Source: Minisyncoccota bacterium (GTDB lineage Bacteria; Patescibacteriota; Minisyncoccia; Phycocordibacterales; Phycocordibacteraceae). From it: 64,000 bases of DNA. The position numbers and the translations under genes were made by a program. The notes under the pieces are model-generated. The model saw only the letters and a program-made list of their open reading frames with translations, made no database searches and was not told where the DNA came from. Position 1 is the stretch's first letter, and each line of letters begins with the position of its first letter. The DNA lies in the NCBI GenBank assembly GCA_018062765.1, contig JAGORR010000001.1, positions 150,506-214,505 on the forward strand. The letters are read 5' to 3'. Shown here in pieces: positions 55,713-64,000 of the stretch.

Positions 55713-55736
55713 AAGCCCGGCGCATGCGCCGGGCTT
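55713..55736. terminator. hairpin AAGCCCGGCGC-ATG-CGCCGGGCTT (core shared with 18690-18713)
   Basis: palindrome between convergent nadR and the downstream minus-strand gene. Confidence 0.6.
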
Positions 55737-55740
55737 CACA

Positions 55741-56106
55741 TTACCCTTCAGTACGGATGAGGCTTGCGTCGTAGAGGTCGCGAGCATTGACCAGCCTTTT
55801 GAGCTCGAGCCGAAAACCGTTCCGCTTCAGGAACTCGTTGAAATGAAACATCCTCCTGGACCAGTCATTGCTCATCCTGAAGATGACCCTGACGTCGCCT
55901 TTGTTGCGGTACTTCTTCAGAGTAGCGACCGCCGCTTTGTAGTGCGGCTTCACCGCACCATCGCGGCTCGGCAGCAGGTCGACCGCCTGATCGAGTGCGA
56001 GCCACTCCTTCTCGGTGATAGCCGCCGGCGTGTGTGTCTTGTGCTGCAATTGTACTGCCATCTTCGCCCTCCAAGGTTCATTGCTGATGAACGGTATAGC
56101 AGCCAT
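55741..56106 (-). CDS. hypothetical protein (122 aa from the internal ATG)
   Basis: ORF 55741..56259; the shorter start at 56106 avoids overlap with the plus-strand membrane ORF. Confidence 0.35.
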   Translation of the reverse strand: MAAIPFISNEPWRAKMAVQLQHKTHTPAAITEKEWLALDQAVDLLPSRDGAVKPHYKAAVATLKKYRNKGDVRVIFRMSNDWSRRMFHFNEFLKRNGFRLELKRLVNARDLYDASLIRTEG

Positions 56107-56144
56107 GGCCTCGCTCTGCAACGTGGGCTTGGTATAGTTTCCCC

Positions 56145-56519
56145 ATGCCTCGTTTCCGTATAGAAAACCATCCCCTGCTCCCAGAGCTTGGGATACCGGC
56201 GCTCGCGTCCTTTCTCTTCCTTGCATTCCAATCCAACGGCGCCTTGTCAGAACTCTCACTGACCGCGTTCGTGGTCGCTGTGTCTTTCATCATCTTCCTC
56301 GTTAAAGACCATCGGCATGAGCGCCGTCTTTTCATCATCGGCATGCTGGTGGGCTGCGTCATAGAAGTCGGGCTCCGGGTCTTCGGCTATCAACAGCATT
56401 GGACACAGGCGTCATTTTTTGGCATCCCGTACTGGCTCCCAATAGCGTGGGGCATCGGGTTCGTGCTCATCACACGTCTTGGCATACTCACGCGGGGCTT
56501 GAAGGTGATAGAGTCGTAG
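56145..56519 (+). CDS. hypothetical membrane protein (124 aa)
   Basis: three to four TM segments; precedes the nucleotidyltransferase gene. Confidence 0.42.
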   Translation: MPRFRIENHPLLPELGIPALASFLFLAFQSNGALSELSLTAFVVAVSFIIFLVKDHRHERRLFIIGMLVGCVIEVGLRVFGYQQHWTQASFFGIPYWLPIAWGIGFVLITRLGILTRGLKVIES

Positions 56520-56526
56520 GAATCAT

Positions 56527-57225
56527 ATGCAGGCCGTCATACTCGCCGCAGGGAAGGGAACACGCATGAAAGACCTTACCGAGGAGGTCCCTAAGCCGAT
56601 GCTTGAAGTACTCGGGAAGACCCTCTTGGAGCATAAGTTCGACGAGCTTCCGGAGACGGTGCGGGAAGTCATCTTGGTAATCGGTTACCACGGCGACGTC
56701 ATCCGTAACCGATTCGGTGACTCCTATAACGGTCGCTCTATTCGTTACGTTGTCCAGGAAACACTTGATGGTACGATGGGCGCGGTCTCTAAAGCGAAGG
56801 AGCTAATTGAAAACCGTTTTCTCGTAATGATGGGCGACGATTTGTATGCGCGTGCCGATATACAGAGGTGCGTGGATTCCAAAGATTGGGCGCTTGTCGC
56901 AGAAGAGACCACGCACATGGCCTCGGGTGGCAAGGTGGTAACCGACGAACATGGCGTTATCTTGGACATTGTTGAAGGAGAACATCATGGGACGGAAGGT
57001 TTGATGAACACCAATCTCTTTGTGCTTGATGCCAGGATATTCGGCGAGCCTATGGTGCCTAAGTCCTCAGGCTCATCCGAGTTTGGTCTGCCGCAGACGG
57101 TGCTCCCAGCGGCTAAACGGCTCGGCATCCCGCTCCACGTCATCCCGGTTACCTCATGGATACAGATAACCGCGCCCGAGGATATCAAGCGGGCGGAGGA
57201 GCGACTTCGCGCGAACGCGGTCTGA
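56527..57225 (+). CDS. sugar-phosphate nucleotidyltransferase (NTP_transferase family)
   Basis: AVILAAGKGTRM G-x-G-T-R signature. Confidence 0.78.
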   Translation: MQAVILAAGKGTRMKDLTEEVPKPMLEVLGKTLLEHKFDELPETVREVILVIGYHGDVIRNRFGDSYNGRSIRYVVQETLDGTMGAVSKAKELIENRFLVMMGDDLYARADIQRCVDSKDWALVAEETTHMASGGKVVTDEHGVILDIVEGEHHGTEGLMNTNLFVLDARIFGEPMVPKSSGSSEFGLPQTVLPAAKRLGIPLHVIPVTSWIQITAPEDIKRAEERLRANAV

Positions 57226-57401
57226 TTTGTGCTGCTGGAAGCTTGGCCAAGCCTCATTCGTCGCCGTCGCTCCTCATTCCGCTCGGCCCTGGCCCGGCGG
57301 ATTTTCGTACTCGAGAATCATCGCCAGGCCGTGCAAGTCCTTACGCAAGACGCGCAGGCTTCTTGCTCCACCAGCACAAAACCGCTCTACGACCGTATTT
57401 G

Positions 57402-57475
57402 TGCTGGTGGAAGGACTTGCACCTTCGACCTTGGGTTTATGAGTCCCATGCTCTAACTACCTGAGCTACACCAGC
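57402..57475 (-). tRNA. tRNA-Met (anticodon CAU, elongator-type; could be lysidine-Ile)
   Basis: GCUGGUG-UA-GCUC-AGGUAGUUA-GAGC-A-UGGGA-CUCAUAA-ACCCA-AGGUC-GAAGG-UGCAAGU-CCUUC-CACCAGC-A; Y11:R24; its 3' end forms part of a downstream terminator hairpin CCACCAGCACAAA...TTTGTGCTGGTGG. Confidence 0.8.
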
Positions 57476-57671
57476 GTGTTGGAAAAATAGCATATTTTCG
57501 ACCTTCGGCGAACTTATTCAAAGGGTTGCGATGAGTCGAAAAAACCGATAAAGTGCGCATACGAGGAACCGCTATGCGGTTCGTGGCACTTGCGGGGAAA
57601 GCCTCCTGATAGTCGGCTTCCTCCCGCGGCGCTCGGTCGGAGATCGGTGCTAGCACCATCTCCTCCCTCGC

Positions 57672-57745
57672 TTGCGGGAGTAGCTCAACTGGTTAGAGCG
57701 CCGCCCTGTCACGGCGGAGGTTGCGGGTTCAAGTCCCGTCTCTCG
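57672..57745 (+). tRNA. tRNA-Asp (anticodon GUC)
   Basis: GCGGGAG-UA-GCUC-AACUGGUUA-GAGC-G-CCGCC-CUGUCAC-GGCGG-AGGUU-GCGGG-UUCAAGU-CCCGU-CUCUCGC-G. Confidence 0.9.
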
Positions 57746-59343
57746 CGCAGAAAGGGACTCAAGGAGCTGAAAGGCTCCTTTTGTCCTTTCCCTACGCCAT
57801 TCTTTTTGGTTCTAACCGAATCAACTTCAGCTTCGATAGCTTCGTGCTTCTCAGCAAGGGGCTTCAGCCATTCGTTGAGCGTTATGGCTATCTTCTGGTC
57901 TTTTAGCGTGTAGTTCTGACCAAGAGCCAATAGAATCTCTTTCTTTGTCTGGAGGTCGCCTGTTGAGAAGGTCTGGCGAGCGTGGCAAGCAAATTTAAAT
58001 GCGTTTTCAGTAAGCTCGATCCAGATAGCCGCACGATTCTCCGTTTTCTTAACCTCGTCCTTCAAGGTTTGAAGCTGCATCTGGAGTGTCTTCCTTTCTT
58101 TCAGGAACTCTTCGTCGCCGATTAACTCCCGATAGCGCATCTTCGTAAGGGTATCTAGCTGATTCTGAGTTGAAAGAAGAGCTCTCTGCTGGGTTTCGTG
58201 TATTTTGGTTCTTTCAAATATCTCGCTGTCATTTTGCTCGTTTATCACCTCTAACGCCCATTCTTTGAACTTGATGGGAATCTCAATAGTCTCAAGTACT
58301 TCTCCGATCTGGCTCTCAAGGTCTACAGAAGAGAGATAGGTTCTCTGTGAGCAGGTTTCAGAGCCTTTCCTGCGTCGCGTGCAGTAGTAGTAAGTAAACG
58401 TCTTAACCTCTCCCGTTCGCTTGATAACCTTTGTTTTATTAATAGCCGTAATCGAGCTTCCGCATTCTCCGCAAGAGATAATTCCCGTAAACGGAAACTC
58501 ATGCGTCTTGGGGCGGGGGCGGCCTTCACGACCGAGGAGCATCTGTACCTTGTCGAACTCTTCGGCAGTAATCATCGCCTCATGCTTACCCGGATGAATC
58601 TCACCTCGATACCGAAAGGAGCCCATATAGAACGGGTCTGTGAGAATCCGATAGATAGTACTTCTAGAGATAGGTTTCGAACCCCTCCTCTTCATCGGCC
58701 GTGTTCGTAGGCCCCAGTTGTTATTAACAACGTTTAGCAATGCTGGCGGTGTATAAGCGCCCGTAAGCATATGGTCCCAAAGCCTGCGAATCAGAGGGAA
58801 CCGATCAGGGTCTTTAATGATGTAGTTCTCTCCACGAATCTCAATTCGTGTATTCAGATACCCCAGCGGTGCCATGATTGGCGCGATACCTTTCTGAATC
58901 TTGTCCTCTAAACCGCGTCTCACACCCTTTTTCAGGTCAAGGATGAATTGGTTTGCTGACCCGCTTTCAACGCTTAAAAGAAGCGCATTGTCGTCCGGAC
59001 GGTACTCCCTGCTAACAGTCCGTATCAGGGAGATGGTGCCTTGCTGGAGCATCCATTGAATCGTCCCACTATCTACGGGATTCCTCGAAAGACGATTAAT
59101 CTCCCAGCAAAGTATTCCCGTAGCCTCACCCTTTTCCAGACGCTCCAGCATATGACCGAAAACTGGTCGATTATGAGGGCTTTTAGCAGACTTCGACTCC
59201 CTCAATATGTCTACGATTTCGAACCCAGAACTCTCGGCAAGCTGGATCAACCTTTCGGTCTGGCTCTCTATGGACTGAACTTGTCGATCCTCGCTTTCGG
59301 AAGATTTTCGGGCGTACAGGAAGAATTTCGGCTTAGGGGTCAT
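57709..59343 (-). CDS. large serine recombinase (resolvase-type catalytic domain + recombinase domain + zinc ribbon)
   Basis: FLYARKSSESEDRQVQSIESQ catalytic Ser region, INRLSRN; Cys cluster CGECGSS...YYYC...C; C-terminal 12 codons encoded by the antisense of the tRNA-Asp 3' end. Confidence 0.88.
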   Translation of the reverse strand: MTPKPKFFLYARKSSESEDRQVQSIESQTERLIQLAESSGFEIVDILRESKSAKSPHNRPVFGHMLERLEKGEATGILCWEINRLSRNPVDSGTIQWMLQQGTISLIRTVSREYRPDDNALLLSVESGSANQFILDLKKGVRRGLEDKIQKGIAPIMAPLGYLNTRIEIRGENYIIKDPDRFPLIRRLWDHMLTGAYTPPALLNVVNNNWGLRTRPMKRRGSKPISRSTIYRILTDPFYMGSFRYRGEIHPGKHEAMITAEEFDKVQMLLGREGRPRPKTHEFPFTGIISCGECGSSITAINKTKVIKRTGEVKTFTYYYCTRRRKGSETCSQRTYLSSVDLESQIGEVLETIEIPIKFKEWALEVINEQNDSEIFERTKIHETQQRALLSTQNQLDTLTKMRYRELIGDEEFLKERKTLQMQLQTLKDEVKKTENRAAIWIELTENAFKFACHARQTFSTGDLQTKKEILLALGQNYTLKDQKIAITLNEWLKPLAEKHEAIEAEVDSVRTKKNGVGKGQKEPFSSLSPFLRERRDLNPQPPP

Positions 59344-59460
59344 AAGTGATTGGTTTAATCAAAGCACGCGCCGCCCCGAGTGAGTTTTCCGACATCGTAT
59401 AGCTCCAATCCGGTACTTTGATTAATTTGATTAATAATCATGCGAAAGGCGTCATTTAAC

Positions 59461-60288
59461 CTAGAAAACCTGATCATCTCGTTCGCGCACGAGGTTCTGC
59501 AGGACGCTGTTAAAGTAGGCCGCTGGATTCTCAACCTCCTCAAAGGCAGATGAGGCACGAAAACGCTCAAGGGCCTCTTCAATAACGTCGATTCCATACT
59601 TATGGACCGACCCGATAAGGAAATCCATCTTCGTTTCCCCAAGTTCCTGCGCAATCTCCCAGCACCGCTCCTCCTCACTCGTTTCAGGTAAGAACCGTTC
59701 TACAGATAAATTTCTGCTCCTTTTAGGAGAATCGATTGCGCGTATATCGATTTTCTTTTTGGTATAGGTATCGGTATTAGGAGCTCTGAATGTCTCTGTA
59801 ATCGAATGGTTCTTTTGCAAAGCATATAAGCCACCATCAAGACTTTTTGACCTCTGACTTCCTGACTCAAGCTCTGGAATCGCCTCTGCCGTAGTGACGG
59901 TTTCAGGAGTGGACTCACCTCTGACTTGCTCGGCTTCAAAGTAGTGAGTGATTCTTCTGGGAGGACGAGGACGCCCATTGTTATCCTTCCCGATTGCGGG
60001 CCACCAGTCTAAGTAAACTTGGAACGAACCTCTGCAACCCGCACGTGGCCGGTAGTATATGTACTTCTTACATTTCAAGGATAAGAGGATCTTGTTAGCG
60101 TAGTTAGCTGTTGCTCCTTGTGGTAGGGAGTCCTCCGCAAGGCTAGTTAGATCAACTATCGCCATACTGTACGGGTTACCGAGCTGGCGTAGCCACTCGA
60201 GCATCTGCCTCTCGGGCTTGCTAATGCGCCGTTCCCGGTAGTCATCGGCGTAACTCCGGGGAATCGTTATGAAGCTATATTCCTGCAT
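59461..60288 (-). CDS. hypothetical protein of the integrated element (275 aa; possible replication/primase-like)
   Basis: ORF only; no recognisable motif. Confidence 0.45.
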   Translation of the reverse strand: MQEYSFITIPRSYADDYRERRISKPERQMLEWLRQLGNPYSMAIVDLTSLAEDSLPQGATANYANKILLSLKCKKYIYYRPRAGCRGSFQVYLDWWPAIGKDNNGRPRPPRRITHYFEAEQVRGESTPETVTTAEAIPELESGSQRSKSLDGGLYALQKNHSITETFRAPNTDTYTKKKIDIRAIDSPKRSRNLSVERFLPETSEEERCWEIAQELGETKMDFLIGSVHKYGIDVIEEALERFRASSAFEEVENPAAYFNSVLQNLVRERDDQVF

Positions 60289-60439
60289 ACATGCTCATCG
60301 TTCTCCGTGTGAACCAAAGTCAGTCTCATCAGCGTTGCTAGAGCGTTACCGACCTCCCGCGCCTTAACCCGGTCGAGCGTTACACCATATTCGGCCTCAT
60401 ATAGGCCCTGAAGCTCCTTAAGACGGGAATCCGAGATCT

Positions 60440-60763
60440 TCATGGTCTAGAGTCGTACAGGCGAGATTTGAGCGTCTTTTGAGCGTTAAACAGGCCTTGC
60501 GGCTCTACCAGGAGCCTGCCAAGCCAGAAGGCCTCAACGGCCCTAACAAGACTCTCGTCTTGCTTAAAGTAAAAAACTGCTCGGCCCGGATCGGACCGGT
60601 CTATGCCAACATAGACTGCTCCTAACGCGAGGAGACTGGCGGCCAGCGGAAAGTCCGAGGTCCCGTATTCATGTTCATTTTTCACCATGCCCGTATCTTG
60701 GGGGCGTGGATTCTTAAGATTCTTTAAGAAACGATCACCATTTCCCAGGCGCTGCGTCGTCAA
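60440..60763 (-). CDS. hypothetical small protein of the integrated element (107 aa)
   Basis: ORF only; conserved-looking C-terminal FYFKQDESLVRAVEAFWLGRLLV. Confidence 0.4.
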   Translation of the reverse strand: MTTQRLGNGDRFLKNLKNPRPQDTGMVKNEHEYGTSDFPLAASLLALGAVYVGIDRSDPGRAVFYFKQDESLVRAVEAFWLGRLLVEPQGLFNAQKTLKSRLYDSRP

Positions 60764-61715
60764 TAGGTTCTAGGTAGCTGCGGTTCAGACTCACGCCCTG
60801 TGTGGTGATTACAAAAAAATCTTTAGCGCCTGCAACATCCAGTTTCGTTTGTATGGCGAGAAATTGGTCGTAAAGAATCTTCCACTTGCCCTTCTTGGTG
60901 AAATCTACGATTTCGAAGAGTTCGTCAAAGAGCCAATCCTTCTTCGAGTCGGTCCAAAAGGCCCTTAGCGTATCGTGTTGTTTAGAGGTTTTCTTAAATT
61001 GTACGAAAACCTCACCTGTCCAAAGTCTTGAAGAACTTTCCTCGAAATACGGTATTCGCGATAAGGCAGTCTCAGAATTTTCTTCTTTCTTTGGATTGGC
61101 ATTGGTGTTGTAAATCAGCGTGTCTAGATTTTTGCTTATCCAGTTAAGTGCGCGGGCTTTAATAGTGATTTCGAATAGAAGATTCGGATAGAGACCAAAA
61201 TATATACCCTCACCCGCGCGTTCGGACTCTAATTCAAGGATTTCGTCGATACTGACTTTTCCAGATAACACGGTGTTCAAGATTGGGTAACCAGCTAGTT
61301 CGGCAAGATTCTTTGCTTTGGTCTTTTCACCTTTCCGCAGGAGATCGAGGAAAGATTCTGTGAGTGGATCGAAGTCGTTATCGTGACCATCAAAATGACT
61401 AAAGAGTAACTGCTTCTCGTAGGTAATGAATCCTTCTGCTTCCAGCTCCGGTAATGTCTTCGAGACTGCGTAATGGAATTGACCAAGAGAGTAAAGAGAG
61501 AGGGCATAGGTAACAACTTGGTGCGTTCCTACGCCATACCCCGCAAGCGGAATCAGGAGCAACCGCGCCTCATTCGAGAGTTTCACATCACGAACCATTC
61601 TCATTTGCCCAAGTATTGCACCTCGGTAGCCTAGTTCAACTTGTCCCAGAACACCACTTGCGCAAGCACCGTCAAGGAGTAGGGTACAGATAAGTTTGAA
61701 TATATGAGTATGCAA
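60735..61715 (-). CDS. hypothetical protein of the integrated element (326 aa), AT-rich
   Basis: ORF only; composition differs from the host genes. Confidence 0.45.
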   Translation of the reverse strand: MHTHIFKLICTLLLDGACASGVLGQVELGYRGAILGQMRMVRDVKLSNEARLLLIPLAGYGVGTHQVVTYALSLYSLGQFHYAVSKTLPELEAEGFITYEKQLLFSHFDGHDNDFDPLTESFLDLLRKGEKTKAKNLAELAGYPILNTVLSGKVSIDEILELESERAGEGIYFGLYPNLLFEITIKARALNWISKNLDTLIYNTNANPKKEENSETALSRIPYFEESSSRLWTGEVFVQFKKTSKQHDTLRAFWTDSKKDWLFDELFEIVDFTKKGKWKILYDQFLAIQTKLDVAGAKDFFVITTQGVSLNRSYLEPIDDAAPGKW

Positions 61716-62165
61716 AATCGCGATACTGTTGCGGAATATATTACCGGAGATTTAGACCGTGTATTAGAAGCTGAAAGGAGTCGTAGCAAGGAGTTCTCAA
61801 CAAACCTGCGAACCTACGCTTGGCAGGCTTTTCTAGCCCTAGCTGAGGTCATTGTTGCGGTGGCCATCGTATCAGATTTATACGGATCTGACGTCACTAT
61901 CATTGCATTGCTCTTGTTGATTTATGTAGTGATTAGAGTCAATTTCTCTAACTTGTTCTTTTTCTTTCAAGCGCACACTACAGCAATGGCCAAGGAGATA
62001 TTCGATATAAAGGAAAAGGTGGGTATCGATGTGAGCGGTGAATACGAAAAGATAAAAGTGGCGAATCGAATATTAAGACGCTCGACAGTAGTAAACATGA
62101 TTCATACTGTCGGCTTGTTTCTTATCTTCGTCCTTGCGCTCCTAACGCTCTTCTCAACGTATTAA
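61704..62165 (+). CDS. hypothetical membrane protein of the integrated element
   Basis: 153 aa, two to three TM segments. Confidence 0.4.
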   Translation: MSMQNRDTVAEYITGDLDRVLEAERSRSKEFSTNLRTYAWQAFLALAEVIVAVAIVSDLYGSDVTIIALLLLIYVVIRVNFSNLFFFFQAHTTAMAKEIFDIKEKVGIDVSGEYEKIKVANRILRRSTVVNMIHTVGLFLIFVLALLTLFSTY

Positions 62166-62178
62166 CGAATCTCTTCTT

Positions 62179-62409
62179 ATGAAAAAACTTCTACAGGAAA
62201 ACTGGTTCAAGATTCTGATTTTGGCGCTCGGACTTTATGCGATTACAGTTACTCCTTTCAAGTACGCTGATAGAGCGCTATGGGCGGAGGAAAGGCTTAC
62301 GGCTTTTAATAAATGCGTCGAGGACTTCTCCATTGAAGGTGCGATAGATAAATATAGTGCCTACCAGTCTATGTTCCGTGCTTGCAAGAACATGAGCGAT
62401 GAATTTTAG
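62179..62409 (+). CDS. small hypothetical membrane protein of the integrated element
   Basis: 76 aa, one TM segment. Confidence 0.35.
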   Translation: MKKLLQENWFKILILALGLYAITVTPFKYADRALWAEERLTAFNKCVEDFSIEGAIDKYSAYQSMFRACKNMSDEF

Positions 62410-62532
62410 GGCAAAATATCTTAACCACACCCCTTCATTGACACCACATGGCCATACGCGTAGGGTGAATATATACCCGCTCCGGCTGGCCGAAAGGCTC
62501 GCCGGAGTTTCGTTATACAGGCCTGTATTTAC

Positions 62533-63147
62533 TTGGTAGAATGGGTCGAAATGGAAACCATCCTCCTAATAGACGGTGAAAATTTTAAAGGGAAGATAAA
62601 GACCGTCTTCAAGAACGCAGGCAAAGAGAGACCCGTTTGGTACGAGTATGATTTCAAGGGTCTTCTAGATAAGGTTCTGGACGGGTTAGCCATCGATAGA
62701 AAAGTTTTTTACTTTGCGCGCGTTAAGGAGCATCAGGATAGCCGAGAGAAGTCAAAGCAACTTATTGAAGAACAGCGCTATCTGAAGGATCATCTAGAGA
62801 AACATGGCTTCGAGGTAATCCTTTCAGGGCGAGTCCGAGGCCAATGGGAGGAAGGACTTGGAGGTAAAAAGGCGCTGGTATTCAAGGAGAAGGGTGTTGA
62901 TGTAAAGGTTGCTGTCGATATGGTGAGTCTCTCTTGTGATAAAAGAGCGAAAGAGATAATTCTTGGCAGTTCAGACTCTGATTTACAGCCAGCAATCAAA
63001 GAAGTCAGGGATCGAGGGATCGCTTGCATGTATCTAGGTTTTGAGGCTCAGCCAAATAAGGGCTTAACATATACTACGAATAGGACAATTTTAATACGCG
63101 ACGCTGAAGTTTTGGAGTTTGAGAAATACCAAAAGCCTCTCATTTAG
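62533..63147 (+). CDS. NYN-domain (LabA-like PIN-fold) putative ribonuclease
   Basis: ILLIDGENF...GVDVKVAVDMVSL...ILGSSDSDLQPAIKEV motifs. Confidence 0.72.
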   Translation: MVEWVEMETILLIDGENFKGKIKTVFKNAGKERPVWYEYDFKGLLDKVLDGLAIDRKVFYFARVKEHQDSREKSKQLIEEQRYLKDHLEKHGFEVILSGRVRGQWEEGLGGKKALVFKEKGVDVKVAVDMVSLSCDKRAKEIILGSSDSDLQPAIKEVRDRGIACMYLGFEAQPNKGLTYTTNRTILIRDAEVLEFEKYQKPLI

Positions 63148-63210
63148 AAGCGGTCAGGTTTATAGACTGACGTATTTCAGTTCCCACTTCCTCCACTAGG
63201 GCGCGCAAGA

Positions 63211-63238
63211 CACGAAGTCCCCGAAAGGGGACTTCGTG
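63211..63238 (+). terminator. 12-bp stem hairpin with GAAA tetraloop CACGAAGTCCCC-GAAA-GGGGACTTCGTG
   Basis: read directly; downstream of the NYN gene. Confidence 0.6.
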
Positions 63239-63877
63239 CTTGTCGCGAGAGTTCGAAGAGAAGCTTCGAAAGGGACTTGAACGGCGCAGCGACGATTCGT
63301 CAGCAGACGTATCCGCGAGCCGGGGCTGCAGGCGAGTCGAGTAACGACGAGACGAGACCGAAAGCCAAGCCTGTCCTACGCAGAATGGAAAAGCCGGCGA
63401 AAGCCGGTCTTTTCTTTATTCTGTCGACGAGCTGTTTATACGTGGGGCGTATAAACAGGGACTTGAATGCCGCAGCTATATGCGAGCAGCAGCGAGCATT
63501 GCCAGGCAGGGCCGGGAAAATTAGTGAGCGACGGCGAGCTAACTATTCATGGCCTAGCCCGTCTCTCGCGCCATCGGTCTGAGCTATACTCCCTATATAT
63601 GCCCCCAACCACACCGACCCCGCCTGTAGCTCCTCCGCCCGCACCCGCGCCATCAAGCATGAAGGCGTACTTTATGTGGTTCGTGGTCATCGATACCCTC
63701 ATCGTCATCGCGATAGTCATCGGACTTTATTACTGGTTTGAGATGCGTGCAGAAATCGCGAAGCCGGACCCGGCACAGGCGTATTCCGTAGAATAGGCTT
63801 GGAAATATATCCTCGCGACTTTACGGTAGGGGACCGCATCGTGTAATACTTTTATCAAAGCCACTTAACTAACCCTC

Positions 63878-64000
63878 ATGGACCTACTTGCTATTCGTAC
63901 ATTCGCCATCGTCGGCGTCATGCTCGTCGTGACCGCCTTCTCGACGCGCCTCAATAAGGCGTTCGAAACCGCTTGGGAGATGTGGGGTCTTTTCATCGGA
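63878..64000 (+). CDS. partial 5' end of a membrane protein gene running off the window
   Basis: ATG at 63878, hydrophobic MDLLAIRTFAIVGVMLVVTAF... Confidence 0.3.
   Translation, partial: MDLLAIRTFAIVGVMLVVTAFSTRLNKAFETAWEMWGLFIG

Larger units (their letters stand above)
57733..63571. mobile_element. approximately 5.8 kb integrative element inserted in the 3' end of tRNA-Asp, bounded by the 14-bp direct repeat CCCGTCTCTCGCGC (57733-57746 and 63558-63571); carries a large serine recombinase and AT-rich cargo
   Basis: exact 14-bp duplication of the tRNA 3' end 5.8 kb away; the recombinase ORF reads across the left junction into the tRNA; cargo GC drops visibly in 60.8-62.5 kb. Confidence 0.65.

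Noticed and set aside
59355-59678. ORF 59355..59678 (-, 107 aa)
   Set aside because: Overlaps the 275-aa ORF and the recombinase upstream region; Arg/Leu-rich low-complexity translation; likely spurious
63240-63300. Antisense tRNA-Asp-like fragment (TCGCGAGAG...GGGACTTGAAC) considered as the right attachment site
   Set aside because: It is in inverted orientation relative to the tRNA; the exact 14-bp direct repeat at 63558-63571 is the better attR candidate; the fragment is reported separately as a possible binding site or older scar
63277-63796. ORFs 63277..63582 and 63467..63796 (+) at the right junction
   Set aside because: They span the element boundary and direct repeats; a short TM peptide (about 63659-63796, MKAYFMWFVVIDTLIVIAIVIGLYYWF...) may be real but is unsupported by any start signal, so it was not called

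Overview
This is a high-GC (about 60%) bacterial chromosomal segment. Its content points to a reduced-genome, probably CPR/Patescibacteria-like organism; this is inference from gene content only. The supporting signs are that rpsE is followed directly by rplO with no rplL30, the ribosomal operon ends at map and is followed by ndk instead of infA-rpmJ-rpsM..., there is a giant secreted surface protein, and there is a complete type IV pilus/competence locus with comF. Contents from left to right: (1) the S10/spc ribosomal protein operon from rpsS to map (S19, L22, S3, L16, L29, S17, L14, L24, L5, S14, S8, L6, L18, S5, L15, SecY, Adk, Map), then ndk; (2) a putative promoter-aptamer-terminator leader RNA upstream of a small 4-TM membrane protein, followed by a beta-CASP ribonuclease; (3) infC-rpmI-rplT on the minus strand; (4) smpB with an adjacent tmRNA (ssrA) on the minus strand, then ftsH; (5) pyrB, pyrC and pyrD on the minus strand, each with its own extended -10-like motif and separated by terminators; (6) a tRNA with anticodon UAU flanked by tandem tRNA-3'-end-like repeat scars, then recG; (7) a cell-surface cluster comprising an RTX beta-roll protein, a MurNAc-L-Ala amidase with a peptidoglycan-binding domain, and a 1260-aa secreted protein carrying two copies of a four-Cys repeat domain plus a peptidoglycan-binding domain; (8) malic enzyme, a HAD hydrolase and tRNA-Ser; (9) comF followed by a full type IV pilus locus (pilM, pilN, pilO, a small protein, pilB, a CheY-like receiver, pilT, pilC, three major-type pilins, pilD and three minor pilins), decorated with unusual AGCTNNN heptad tandem arrays; (10) ligA, gatC and gatA; (11) a membrane-anchored HEPN-like protein and an initiator-like tRNA(CAU); (12) an NAD salvage and ADP-ribose unit (ADP-ribosylglycohydrolase, a Nudix/NrtR-like regulator divergent from pnuC-nadR with a palindromic candidate operator); (13) tRNA-Met and tRNA-Asp; (14) an approximately 5.8 kb integrated element inserted in the 3' end of tRNA-Asp. 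The element is bounded by a 14-bp direct repeat, encodes a large serine recombinase whose ORF reads across attL into the tRNA, and carries AT-rich cargo of unknown proteins plus an NYN-domain nuclease. No CRISPR array or rRNA gene was found.
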